Source of the DNA: Camelus dromedarius
Taxonomy: Eukaryota
Direction: 5' to 3'
NCBI RefSeq assembly: GCF_036321535.1
Contig: NC_087472.1
Location: 105,400,001-105,464,000 of the forward strand
DNA: 64,000 nucleotides
The position numbers and the translations under genes were made by a program. This document shows positions 39,101-50,339 of the stretch, piece by piece (the first letter of the stretch is position 1; the number at the start of each line of letters is the position of its first letter). The notes below the pieces were generated by a model. It had not been told where the DNA came from, did no database searches, and saw nothing but the letters and a program-made list of their open reading frames with translations.

Positions 39101-39934
39101 TAAGAAAGCCAGGTGATAAGCAAAAAACAAAAAACAAAAAACAATTAATTCTTTGAAACTTGGGTTGAGGACCTAAATTGACTTTCTGGTATCCATCCCT
39201 CTGGCTGGAAAACTTCATAACCTATTTCAGAAGAGCAGCCGTGATTGGATGAAGGGTTTAAAACATTAGTTGCCAATATGTTTGCTCTTGGCACATGTAT
39301 ATATTCGTGCACCTCTGCTATAACACGTGGCTTTTAAAGAGAAAACCAGTGGAATCTTAGAGGGGTACTTTAGGCGTATATGTTCGGTGCTCTTGTCTTT
39401 CTAGCTCAAGGTAAACAATACTTTTTGAAACGACAAGTTCAGGGTTAAATATTACAATCCTTCCTTGGAATAATCCAGTGTATATTCTGTTTACTTTGTT
39501 GTTTTCTTTGTAATTCTCAGCACTGGCCTCTCCACCTACTTTTACTAGTATATATACTTATTTCCCTAGACGTTATTTCTCACTCGCTGGGAGGACATTC
39601 CAAACCACCGTACAGACCCAATTGTCTTCTCTGACCACCCGTGTTACTCATCTCTGAAATCACAGTGAACATACAACCAGGCCCAGACCTTTGGTGGCTC
39701 TTCCATTCCATCTCCCCTTTGTCCCCACTCACTCAGCTCCTAGAAGTTTTTCCACATTAATCCTTATATCCATGAAGTTACTTTCTGATTAAGACGAAAA
39801 AAAACCACAATTATCCTTTCCCCATCCACAAACCCACTTGTTCAATAAAATGTCTCTGCCCACAGAGCTGATCATCTGTTTAACACTTCAGCCTTCGCTG
39901 GTGTAACTGGATCTATTGGTCATGATTCCTAGTG

Positions 39935-40358
39935 GGTTGGATGGTGGCCCCCCGAGAGCTCAATTCCACATCACAAAAAGTTGGGGGGGGTTGTTTGGTT
40001 TTTTTGCAGATATAGTTAAGGCTCTTGAGATGAAACCATCCCAGATTACCTGGGTAGGCCCTAAATCCAATGACAAGTGTCCTTAGAAGAGACAGAAGAG
40101 GAGAAGACACAGAGAAGGCCACGTGAAGATGAGGGCAGGTGATAGATTTCTTCAGCCAGGAACCAAGAAACTTTTAGAGCCACTGGAAGCTGAACGAGGC
40201 ACAGAAGGATCCTCCCCTAGAGCCTTCCAGGGAGTGTGGCCTGCCGACACCCTGATATTGGACTTCTGGCCTCTGGAGCTGTGAGAGAATGAATTTCTAT
40301 TGTTTTGAAGCCACCAAGTTTACGGTCACTGGTTACAGCAGCCTCAAGAAACTATACA
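39935..40358 (+). mobile_element. MaLR LTR (MLT1C-like)
   Basis: gggttggatggtggcccccc...ccagattacctgggtaggccctaaatccaatgacaagtgtcctt...ggacttctggcctctggagctgtgagagaatgaatttc...aaactataca. Confidence 0.9.
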
Positions 40359-40474
40359 CCAGGACCAGCTTTTAATATGCAAACCCTTATATAAGGCATT
40401 GCATTTTTCCACCCTCTATGCCAGCCATGACTTTAGGTTGAAATGACCAGGTGACACTCGATATATATATATTT

Positions 40475-40696
40475 TTTTTTTTAAGATTTTTTTTATATAT
40501 AAACATTTTTTATTGAGTTATAGTCATTTTACAGTGTTGTGTCAAATTCCAGTGTAGAGCACAATTTTTCAGTTATACATGAACATACATACGTTCCTTG
40601 TCACATTCTCTTTCACTGTGAGCCACCACAAGATCCTGTATATATTTCCCTGTGCTACACAGTACAATCTTGTTTATCGATTCTGCATTTTGAATA
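40475..40696 (-). mobile_element. Young camelid-type L1 3' end
   Basis: Reverse complement of the element at 42129-42375 (ttcaaaatg...cactggaatttgacacaacactgtaaaatgactataactcaataaaa). Confidence 0.88.
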
Positions 40697-42128
40697 TATA
40701 TATTCTTTTGAAATATTTTTGTTGCTAGATTGGGAAAATACTCTCACCAAGTCTCTGCGTAGCTGAAGGGTATCAGCCACTTACAGAGCTCAGTGTGGTA
40801 ATGGGGAAAGGCCTAATTTCCTGTGGTTTGACAATAATGGTACAGGAAGAGCTCCAACTGCTTTGAATAGATCATGAAAGTAACTTGTCCCTCTCCGTTG
40901 AGGCTCCAAGTTGTGGACGTGACCCAAGTGTCAACCAGCCAGGTGCTAGACTTACAGATATCCTCCTGTGGTCGTCGTTTTTCTCTGTTCTCTGAAGGAT
41001 TTCAAAATGGGAATGACCATTTTTGACCCCGACAATCTTACTTGAATTAGAGGAAGAAGGCTGACAGAAGAAGGCAAAGGATTGAGCAATAAGTGTTTCT
41101 CTGGAAATTCAGAACTAAATCAGAAAATCCTAGAAGAAAAAAAAGAGAAATTTTAAAATAATAACCATTCAGTCCATTCCTAAATCTTGGGCATTCTTCA
41201 TGAAGGATTGTCAAAAGATACCAGGTGAGAGTTATTATGCCCAATCTTTTTATGCTGATAAAAGATCTGATTGTGATGCAAAGAATTGGTGGTTTCCATC
41301 AAATGTCACTCGCCAATGAGCTTCCAAAAGGATTTGAATGGAAGCATTACAGAGACTTATGGAAAAAAGTCCACTTCAAAGCAAAGAACAGACCTTAACA
41401 CTCATTTAAAACTACACAGCCCTTAGGTTCACCATTCACCCTAAAAATAGAAAAGAATGACTTCGAAGCATTTTCCACTCAGATTTAGATGAAAAGGGCA
41501 TCTTTAGCCAAGAGAAGACACACAAGGGCAGGGACTACATTTTGTTTATGACTGTACCTCTGTGGCAAACGAAGTACCTGGCATGTACTGGGCATCAATA
41601 AATACGGGTGCAGTGAACGGTCCAGTGTTCTGCCTTAATAATATGTAGTTAGCTAGAAGTGTTGACTGAAAATCAGCATAACCAAGGACAGTGCAAATTA
41701 GCATTTAAAGTTCTTTAAATATATTTGTAAAATAATTCTTAAATTTCACAAATGGAGATCCCACATTACCTGTGAATTTCCTTTCATTATATTTAGGTGG
41801 ATATTAGCAACAAGTATTGAGGAAAATGTCCCTGTAAAATCTCCTTGATTAAGATATATATATTAAGTATATATATTTTAAATTGTGCTATTGAGCATGC
41901 CATTCACATACTCAAAGGTATGTTCAAAAGCACGTTAAATGAAGTCTCCATCAATTAAGATGGGGAAAAGTGCCTATTGAGGGTCTAATAGATGTCCACT
42001 ACTATGCGAGGCACACTCTTGGACATAGAAGAAAAAATATACAAATGCGAACAGAGACTGCACGGACCCCGCCCACAAGTCTTAGAAGCCAAGAGTTGGG
42101 CTGGTACTGGCACAAGCATGCGACTAGA

Positions 42129-42375
42129 TGGGGGTGGGAAGGGACAGACTGGGATTTCAAAATGTAGAATAGATAAACAAGATTATACTGTATAGCACAG
42201 GGAAATATATACAAGATCTTGTGGTAGCTCACAGCAAAAAAAAATGTGACAATGAATATATGTATGTTCATGTATAAGTGAAAAATTGTGCTCTACACTG
42301 GAATTTGACACAACATTGTAAACCGACTATAACTCAATAAAAAAAAGTTTAAAAATTAGTTAATTAATTTAAAAA
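42129..42375 (+). mobile_element. Young camelid-type L1 3' end
   Basis: gggtgggaagggacagactgggatttcaaaatgtag...actataactcaataaaa. TSD aag(c/g)atgcgactaga at 42114-42128 and 42376-42390. Confidence 0.9.
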
Positions 42376-44994
42376 AAGGATGCGACTAGAGAGATCAAAA
42401 GCTCTACAAGTATCCAAGGAAAAAATAAGCCTAGTAAATCTAGGTCTTAAAAATATATTTTCTTCTGTGCGTACTTCATTGCACACCTGTGCCTTCAATT
42501 CGTAACTTAGTCCCTTCTCATTACATGCAGATAAATTACAGTTGAACTTCAAATGGGTGTGGTTAGTTCTCTGAGATCGGAAAGGGTAAGCCACTCCTAA
42601 AAAGTGAGAAACTGGGGTGGGAGGCTGGAGAGGGTACGTTTCTTGTTCTCTCTCTGGCCAGGGAAGGCTTCTGGGGTCAACCGTGTTAAGTGCTTTCAGT
42701 GTTATGAAACTATGTTTTCCATGTACATTTTTGAACTCAAAGAGGCTCAAGATTTTTTATTTTGATTTTTTTTTTTTGGCCATAATGTTGTTTCTAAAAC
42801 GCACTGTTCTTTCCAGTAAGCACAAAATTGGCCCCATACGGTTAAGAAAGAATAGAAAATTATTTTGGTGTTTTGAGGCGTTAGACGTTTCTTTAGGGAA
42901 ATAAATCAATCTTCCCGGAGCATTCAAAGGAGACTGTCTAACGCACAGGAGTGTGGGGAGGATGCCAAGTTTAGCAGGAGTGGAAGAGCCCCTGCACAGG
43001 GGAGAGGGCTCCACGTTTAAGACTTTGCACGCCTCCCGCCAGCTCCTGCACATTCACAGTCCTCCAAGACACAGCCCAAAAGCTGGGCTGATCTCCCCTC
43101 CCTCTGGTCCCCTTCGTGTCTGTGAAAAATACTGTCTACTCCAGGCTCCTGAACAGCGGGGGTATAAATTCCCATACTGATGCATAAATACTCCAGCCCT
43201 CTGGGAAGATTCTCTTTTGGGAAGAAAAAAGAATTCTCTTCCTTCATCCAAAACAAAACAAAACAAAACCAAAAAACACAACAAAAACAGAGCACTTCTC
43301 CCACCCCGCCATCTACATGTACAGCAGTTAAGTGTACAGTGTGATACGTGCAGGAGCTTCTGAATTTCCCCACCCCATCCCACACCCCAAGCAGCCAAAA
43401 TTCAGTCCTTACCAGATTTTTCATTTTACTTTATTTCCCCACCCCCCACCCCCACCCCCCGGCTGCATTTGGCTTTGTCCTCCCAGGAGAGAAAGGTCCT
43501 CTTTCCCGTCCATCACTTGACTTCATGAATCATGTCCCCTTAATGCTCATTTTAATTTTAAAGCTGAGAAACAGGAGAGTTGTGTCAATATCTTACCATC
43601 TGATTTCATCACTGTGATGTTTGAAAAATGCACACAGCAAAAACCTACGAGGGCTTGCTTTATCTTTGTGCTTTGGACATTTTCATTTTGCCTACACCCT
43701 TCCTTGCAGGCAGGAAGAGAACATGCAGGGCTGGAGGGCTGGGCTCCATCTTGAGAGGGCTCCCCGACCTTCGTGCTCACTGCTCTTTTTCTCGATCGAG
43801 CAAGCTGTGGTACTTCAGGTGTTGCAGCCACGGGTGCACATCCCTTCCTTTGCAACGCAGATAAAGGCTTCTAGCCGATGGTCTGGTCGATTGTCCAAAC
43901 CACAGGTAAATGGTTTCCTGTGCATTTCTCAAAATAAGGGTTGAGCAAAGGAAATGAAATCAACCAGTTTAATAATCACTGACAATCTGCCCTCCTCCCC
44001 TTCTTCGAAAAGGGTATTTTCACAAGTCAGTTTTGGTGGGGCAGGGGTGAGGGGAAGTCTTGGATATTTGCATTGTAAATCTTAGCTTTGCTGAGCTATT
44101 AGGTAAACTACCATTCTTAGATGCTGTTTCCACTAATAAATTGAAACCTTTTTGAAAAAATACTTGCACATTTCTATGTAAGAGCAGAGGAATCCATTAA
44201 AGACGTTTGTCTAAAAACAAGACATCCCTTTTATTTTAAAACCAGGTATCTTATTTCCCTTTCTGCATTTTAAATACACCCACCCCACTCCCCCCAACAG
44301 GGGCTTGGCTTTTACCTGCCAGTGAAAATAGGTGTTTCAAAGGACAGGGAAGTTACCAAGGACTTAAGCCCTGGAGGTGAGCCAGTTAAATCCTACTGGG
44401 TTTAAACAGCACAAATGTCATCTTTCTCCCGCTTGTGTCCTTTAAATCCAAAGCTCTTCATTATCTAAACCAAGAGAATTAACTTTTGTCATATCCATTA
44501 ATCCTAAGCACACTTACTTTATAAAAACAATTTTAAATATTGAATCCTAATTGGAACCAGCCATTAGACAAAGACGAAGCCCATCTTGAATCCTTTTATA
44601 AAGCAGTAGTTTGTCCTCATCTGCCAACTGGCAGTTGGCTAAATAACCCAGGTTGTTTGACACTGTAAACACTGTGCTGTGAATTACCACCGCCTTCATT
44701 TTCTTGATCAAATGTAATAAATTCAGTGCTGGCCTATCAAACCCCTGAAAAGAACTGCAAATACGTTCTTATCAAAGTTTTCATTCAACTCTAGATACCA
44801 GGAATTCATTCGGCCTAAGACAATGAATTCCCAATTACCTAGTACAGACAAGGTATTCCACACACCCAGATGAAACCCATTTCCATGTCGTCTGACTATT
44901 TACCCAGATTACCAGATGTCTTTTTCATCTATCGCTCCCCAGTGAGCCCACTCTTGGCCGTTTTCCGAAGTTTCATCTGAATAAGGCGCTCCCT

Positions 44995-45147
44995 TCCAGA
45001 GACCAAACTGTCACACCNNNNNNNNNNNNNNNNNNNNNNNNNNNNNNNNNNNNNNNNNNNNNNNNNNNNNNNNNNNNNNNNNNNNNNNNNNNNNNNNNNN
45101 NNNNNNNNNNNNNNNNNNNNNNNNNNNNNNNNNNNNNNNNNNNNNNG
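44995..45147 (-). terminator. TMSB4X: TMSB4X cleavage/polyadenylation region (AATAAA inferred inside the N-run) with a GU-rich downstream element
   Basis: N-run 45018-45147 sits where the last ~110-130 nt of the UTR are expected. It is followed on the minus strand by ggtgtgacagtttggtctct. Confidence 0.6.
45018..45147. other. N-run, 130 nt
   Basis: Run of N in the sequence. Confidence 1.
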
Positions 45148-45310
45148 ATCACCTTGCATTTCACTCTAGATTTCACTGTCGACCCACCCAGCTTCCTCCT
45201 TCACCAACATGCAAGTTCTTTTCCTTCCCTGCCTGCCAGACAGGCAGATGGGAGAGGCAGGCGCGGCCTTCGTTGTCAGTAGTTCACCATTTTTGATGTG
45301 AAAAGGGGCA
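45148..45310 (-). other. TMSB4X: Visible middle part of the TMSB4X 3' UTR (exon 3)
   Basis: Near-collinear with the recalled human TMSB4X 3' UTR apart from a few small indels. Confidence 0.92.
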
Positions 45311-45483
45311 NNNNNNNNNNNNNNNNNNNNNNNNNNNNNNNNNNNNNNNNNNNNNNNNNNNNNNNNNNNNNNNNNNNNNNNNNNNNNNNNNNNNNNNNNN
45401 NNNNNNNNNNNNNNNNNNNNNNNNNNNNNNNNNNNNNNNNNNNNNNNNNNNNNNNNNNNNNNNNNNNNNNNNNNNNNNNNNNN
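45311..45483. other. N-run, 173 nt
   Basis: Run of N in the sequence. Confidence 1.
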
Positions 45484-45990
45484 AAAGAGAGAAGATGGAG
45501 GGGGCTGATTATGCGAATTCAGTATAGCCTACTATAGGATTACTGTACTTCCGTTTAAAAATATCCTTCCTTCGCATAAAAATTCTACACGTATAAATCG
45601 GCATTCCATCGTGAGATACTTATTAAATAGAACACGTTAACAGATAAAAGGATTTGCACATGAATATGGTAATATTAAACATTCTATTAAATTATTCGAG
45701 CCCTATTTTTGTTGGGTGCAAAAAACACTTTTAAATTAACCTTTCCAAGCCACATTCATCAAAAAACTGGCAGCTCCTCCCCCGCGCTCCCTACCCCCCA
45801 CCCCAATTCTTCTCCCAGCCCCTCCCATCCTCTCCTACCCACCCCGCCGCTCCCGCCCAGCCTTTTCTAAAGAAGGNNNNNNNNNNNNNNNNNNNNNNNN
45901 NNNNNNNNNNNNNNNNNNNNNNNNNNNNNNNNNNNNNNNNNNNNNNNNNNNNNNNNNNNNNNNNNNNNNNNNNNNNNNNNNNNNNNNNNN
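45432..45990 (-). CDS. TMSB4X: Thymosin beta-4, 44-codon CDS split over exons 2 and 3. The coding bases are all N; coordinates are inferred from the human gene layout.
   Basis: The minus strand of 45148-45310 reads tgccccttttcacatcaaaaatggtgaactactgacaacgaaggccgcgcctgcc...gaacttgcatgttggtgaaggag...gacagtgaaatctagag, which matches the TMSB4X 3' UTR as I recall it. Exon 1 is visible at 47030-47086. N-run 45877-46008 (132 nt) follows a pyrimidine tract and fits the ~116-nt exon 2 plus splice flanks. N-run 45311-45483 (173 nt) fits the exon 3 acceptor, 35 coding nt and proximal UTR. Implied introns of ~1.0 kb and ~0.42 kb resemble the human gene. Confidence 0.85.
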
Positions 45991-46008
45991 NNNNNNNNNN
46001 NNNNNNNN
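45877..46008. other. N-run, 132 nt
   Basis: Run of N in the sequence. Confidence 1.
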
Positions 46009-47029
46009 GTACAAAGCCAAGACGGAGGTTGAGAGCGAGCCACCCACCCTCCGGTCTCAGAACTGCGCTTTTGCCTTTGCATCTGCACCCTGAAACCGCG
46101 CTTTGCCTCCTTCCGCTTTCATTCAGGGCTAAAGACCTTCCTCTTTCGGAGGGGGGGGGAACCTCCCCCTTTATTATTTCAAAACGCGGGGGACCAAATT
46201 CGGAGGCCGAATCTCTGGGAACAATGAAATTAACCATCGTGGGTTAATTGTAGCGTATCAAAAGGAGAGAATAGTGAAGCCATTTCAAGTTTAAGGGGAA
46301 GAAAATCCAGTAAAATTTCTTAAAATCGAGCCAAGGTTGCACGAAGTGTTTCCATTTTCTATCCGTGGCCTCTCTCCCAAAGACTTGGGCCGTCCTGCTT
46401 CCTTCTCTTGTCACAAAGGCGGCAGCTGCTGCCGGGCGCCACCGACCACCGCCCTACCCGCTTCCTCTCACCCTCTCAACAATGCAGCCACCCGCACACA
46501 AAGCTTCTCCCCCACCCTCTAGATCAATCCTGCTCTGCATTTAGGGGCCATTCGGCAGCTCTGCACGCATGGCCCTGCAAGAAGGACGTCTTAAACGTTT
46601 CACAATATAGCCCAGCTGCCTGAAACCTGGACAGATACAGCCCACGAAGCCCTCGGAGGCGAAGAAAAATGTGCAGCTCTGGGCTTGGGTGGGTGTGCGT
46701 TGGAACAAAGGCTCTTTCTGTTCCTGATTAATCACCGCCTAAGAGGCAATGAAAAATGCCTTTGGCGGGGAAGAAAAGAAAGAAAAAATGTTCCTTTCGA
46801 AGCTGCACAGCAAAACGCCAATTCTTTTAATTAAAACAAACAAAAACCACCGAGTTACCGACCCCGTTACCCTGCTTCTAGAAGGGTTTGGCATCCCCAA
46901 GGTCCCCAGGGCAGCCTTTCCCGGGAGGACCAGTCGCGCTCGGCTTCAGGGTTGCGGGAGGCCAGGGGCCGAGCGCGGGGAGGGAAAGGGGAACGGAGGA
47001 GAGCAGGAGGAAGGGGCCCCGGGGCTCAC

Positions 47030-47086
47030 CGGAGCGAGGAGCGAGCGAGCTGAATCCGGTCTACGCAGTGGCCGCCGCCGAGTGCC
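47030..47086 (-). other. TMSB4X: TMSB4X non-coding exon 1
   Basis: The minus strand reads ggcactcggcggcggccactgcgtagaccggattcagctcgctcgctcctcgctccg|GTGAGC. This resembles the recalled human exon 1 (ACAACTCGGTGGTGGCCACTGCGCAGACCAGAC...) and ends in a canonical donor at 47029. Confidence 0.88.
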
Positions 47087-47545
47087 GGGCGGGGCGCGGC
47101 GGGCGCCGCTATATGCGCGCTTCTATGTAAATGAGGTGACGTCACCCGCCCGCCCGCTTAACCCCTTCGCGCCGCGTCTCCGGAACGGCGCCCGGCCGGC
47201 CTGGCGGCGGGGGGGCTCCACCCCACACCCCACCCCGCGTCCACCCACGCACCTAACAGCGACGATGGCGAAAAATAAGACGAGCAGAAGCGCCCCCTGC
47301 AACGCTTTCTTCATAACGCCTTCCCCCCCTTTTCTGTCCTCTCATAATGGATTTTGGCAGCAGCCGCGCAAACCTGCTCTTGGGGATCGGAGTGTGATAA
47401 CCAAGGGTCTGGGTGGTACCTAGGGGGGACAGGCATTTCTTTACTGCGAAGCTGGCTTTGTCCGATGCGGAATCCCAAGCCAGGGTGCGGTGTCGGCCCG
47501 CTGGCCTCGCCCACTGCAGGGGTGCGAGTCCTCATGACTCATTTT
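47087..47545 (-). promoter_or_regulatory. TMSB4X proximal promoter
   Basis: TATA-like CATATAG at 47109-47115, about 29 nt upstream of the inferred TSS. Perfect CRE TGACGTCA at 47137-47144, GC boxes (ggggcgcggc, cccgcccgccc), and AP-1 TGACTCA at 47535-47541. Confidence 0.8.
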
Positions 47546-48954
47546 TTAGGCCAGTGGAGGGCCTTCGCCCCACCCCGGCCCTCTTTGTCTCCTCGCTCGC
47601 ATTCTCCTAGACTTGGGTGGGAGGTGAAGCACCCTTAAGGGCTTAAAGAAAAGAAGTTTTCTCACTGAAACATGCCTATCCTTTTCATAGCTATAATTTC
47701 TGTGAGCACTCAAATCAAATAACCGTAATATTTGCTGGTTGGCGGTTAATTTATCCGGACTTTACAGAGTACATCACCTCCCCCTTAGAAAAATAAGTCA
47801 AGTTCAAGCCCTGCTATTGACTTGCTGTCTGACAAGGAGGAAGTTCTTTTACTTTCCTCTTCCTTATTTTCCCAAATTATAAAAGCGATTGCCGAGGAGG
47901 CCCGTGTCGAAGGCCAAAGACTGCAATCCCATGATCTCTAAAGTCCGAAGATGAAATGCAAAAATTGAACTCTGTTTTGAAAGGAGTCTTTTCAGCACGA
48001 TTCCATTTTGAAGTGCGTTTCTGAGTTACATCCGGAAATATGGGAGATTTAGGTAGAGAGGAACAGTTTTCAAAATGGCACCTGATTCTGTGAGTACCGT
48101 GACCCCCTCCCCCCAAGCTTGCTGCTGAAATTAGTTACAAATACCATGCGGGGGGCCAGGGCGGGGAGAGGGGAAGTGGGGGTCTGCACACTGGCATGTG
48201 AGAGGAAAAAGAGCCAGGTTGTGATGGAGTGGAGGTAAAGCGGTGTGCACAGTATTCCCCGCACCCTGCATCCTGAGAAAACGTTTCCAGAAACCTCTTG
48301 CTAATCATGATTATGGGAGTCTTTTGTCTCACTGGGGATTCAAGTCAGTTGTTACAGAGACCCTTAAAAGCCACTGCAGGCGCAGCTAGGACTTCCCCAT
48401 TTCTTCATTCACTGGACTTCCTTATTGGTGGGGAGGGAGAGGGGGAGAGTGGGCAGGGGCCGGAGACCGTCCGCTTCCCCAGTTCCTGCTCGGCTGGGTG
48501 GCTGACCCACTGCTCTGCTCAGGGGATGGGGGCACTGGACCTTTCTTGTGCAGGCACAGGATGTCACCCCTCTGGTTACACCTCCCCCTGACCCTGCCGG
48601 AGTCGATGTCAAAAATCACTTCTTTGCTCCCCGAGTCTCCCGCTGACAAAGGAACACCACTACTTGCTCCGTGCTTCTTTCCCAGGCCTCTTCCTCCAAA
48701 AGGGTTAGGCCCCGGGGAACGTGGTCTCCAAAGGCCGTGGAGGAGCGGAAATCTGTAAATGCCAGGAGCTTTTTCCAGTTTGGTAACCAGCAGCCTCCCT
48801 TCTGCTGTGTTTAGATACGGATGGAGAGGAAGGGACAGAGAGGCCAGAGGGGCTACACATTGGGCTTGACTTTGCCGACTTGCCAGGGATCTAGAGAGAA
48901 TGGAACGGGCCGGGGGGAGGCAGATGGAAGCCAATGCAAAACTCAAGGAACAGT

Positions 48955-49075
48955 CCCCCAAGCTGTGTGACCCTGGCCTGTTCATTCATTTTTCTGTGCG
49001 GAGTTTTCTCATCTGTGAAATGGGACCATTCCGTCCTGACCTCACAGGGTTGGGAGGCCGAAACACTTCGGACAG
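48955..49075 (+). mobile_element. MIR SINE
   Basis: agctgtgtgaccctggcc...gagttttctcatctgtgaaatgggacc...cctgacctcacagggttg. Confidence 0.7.
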
Positions 49076-50339
49076 TGTGTGACAGAGTTCTTACTGTTTT
49101 GCTTTGTATTATTATTTTTACTTAGGACCGAAGGTTGAGGGAAAAAAATAATAAATGTGTAGTATTTGGAATTCATTGCAAATTTTAGATGTTTCCATAT
49201 TCGTTACTTCTCTTCTAAAGTCCCAGTGTGCTGAGATTTTCATGAGATCTTTTGCTAGTTTTTCAGCAAATAAAAAGGAACTCTTGTGGCTGAGGCCTTG
49301 TTAAGAGTCAGGCATTGTCATGAGGGCTTTCGTTTGTTTGCGCCTTTCATACCCACGGCCTTTCATTGAGGAGGGGTTTACAGATGGGGGAACTGAGGCT
49401 TAGAGAGCCAGTAGCCAGTCTGTATTATTGATGCTAAGGGGCACACAAAAGTCTTCACCCTCGGCCCGGAGTCTGTGCCTGAGACTCACCACGAAGAGTG
49501 TGAGGCAGGCTGCTTTGTTTCCCACAATGCCTGGTGCATAGTAGTTGTTCAGTAAACAGTTAAGGCATGGCCTCAGGCTGACTTGCGTCAGTGTGGAAGG
49601 TCCTAGAACCTGGCTCTGCCCTACTCTGCACCTGTGGCTCTAGCTACAGTGCTTTCTCCTCTTCCATCCTCTCGGTATTGATGTTTCAGGCCATTCCTGC
49701 CTCCTGGAAACTCCCTTTTATAAATGGGAGAGCACCGGCTGGGCACAACGACCGGTGGACGCAGGAGTTCTCGATTTCAATTGAAAAGACAGAGGCTTGG
49801 AGGCACAAAAGAACAGCAGTGTGTGCTCGGGGCTCAGGGCTCAGGGCTCTCCAGTGAAAACTGAGCAGACAGCCCTCCTGGCACCAGCCCTGCCTTCCTC
49901 GTCTCGGGGCCCACAGGCCCTGTGTAAATTGTGCCAAGAGACCCTGCCCTGGAAGGTGGCCCTCTCCAAGCCTGGGCCCGGTGGAACCGGGAAGCCGTGT
50001 CGGGGCACACGGTGTTTTATGTTGCTTTCCAGGGTGGGCCGGGGACAGATGTGCAGCTCTTTCCAAAACTGGGGAAGCAGCCCTTGAAGTCTGAGTTCAT
50101 AACAAATAGTCCTATTATTTTTAACCTATTACATTTTGTTCAGAGCACTGACCAGAGCAGAGGAGGAGGAATGAGGACAAAGCAAGGCTCCCAACTCTTT
50201 GCTTTCTCAGGCCCAGGTCCCTTTGTCTGTGTGGCAGGGCCTCAACCCACTGTCCCCTGTGACCCCGCAAGCTCCATCTGTTCATCTCAGTCCCCTTGAA
50301 GATACAGCCCGAGTCCCCCTGGTGACAGGGAGATGATAT

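Larger units (their letters stand above)
46380..47620. promoter_or_regulatory. CpG island over the TMSB4X promoter, exon 1 and the 5' part of intron 1
   Basis: Very high GC and CpG density by eye compared with the flanks. Confidence 0.85.

Noticed and set aside
44910-44930. Minus-strand ATGAAAAAGACATCTG|GTAATC mini-exon
   Set aside because: It lies just past the TMSB4X poly(A) site with no promoter or downstream exon; likely chance.
44929-46237. ORFs containing X runs
   Set aside because: Produced by translating through N; none can be validated.
46749-47423. 224-aa plus-strand ORF
   Set aside because: It lies antisense across the TMSB4X CpG island and is Gly/Arg/Pro-rich, as expected from stop-poor GC-rich DNA.
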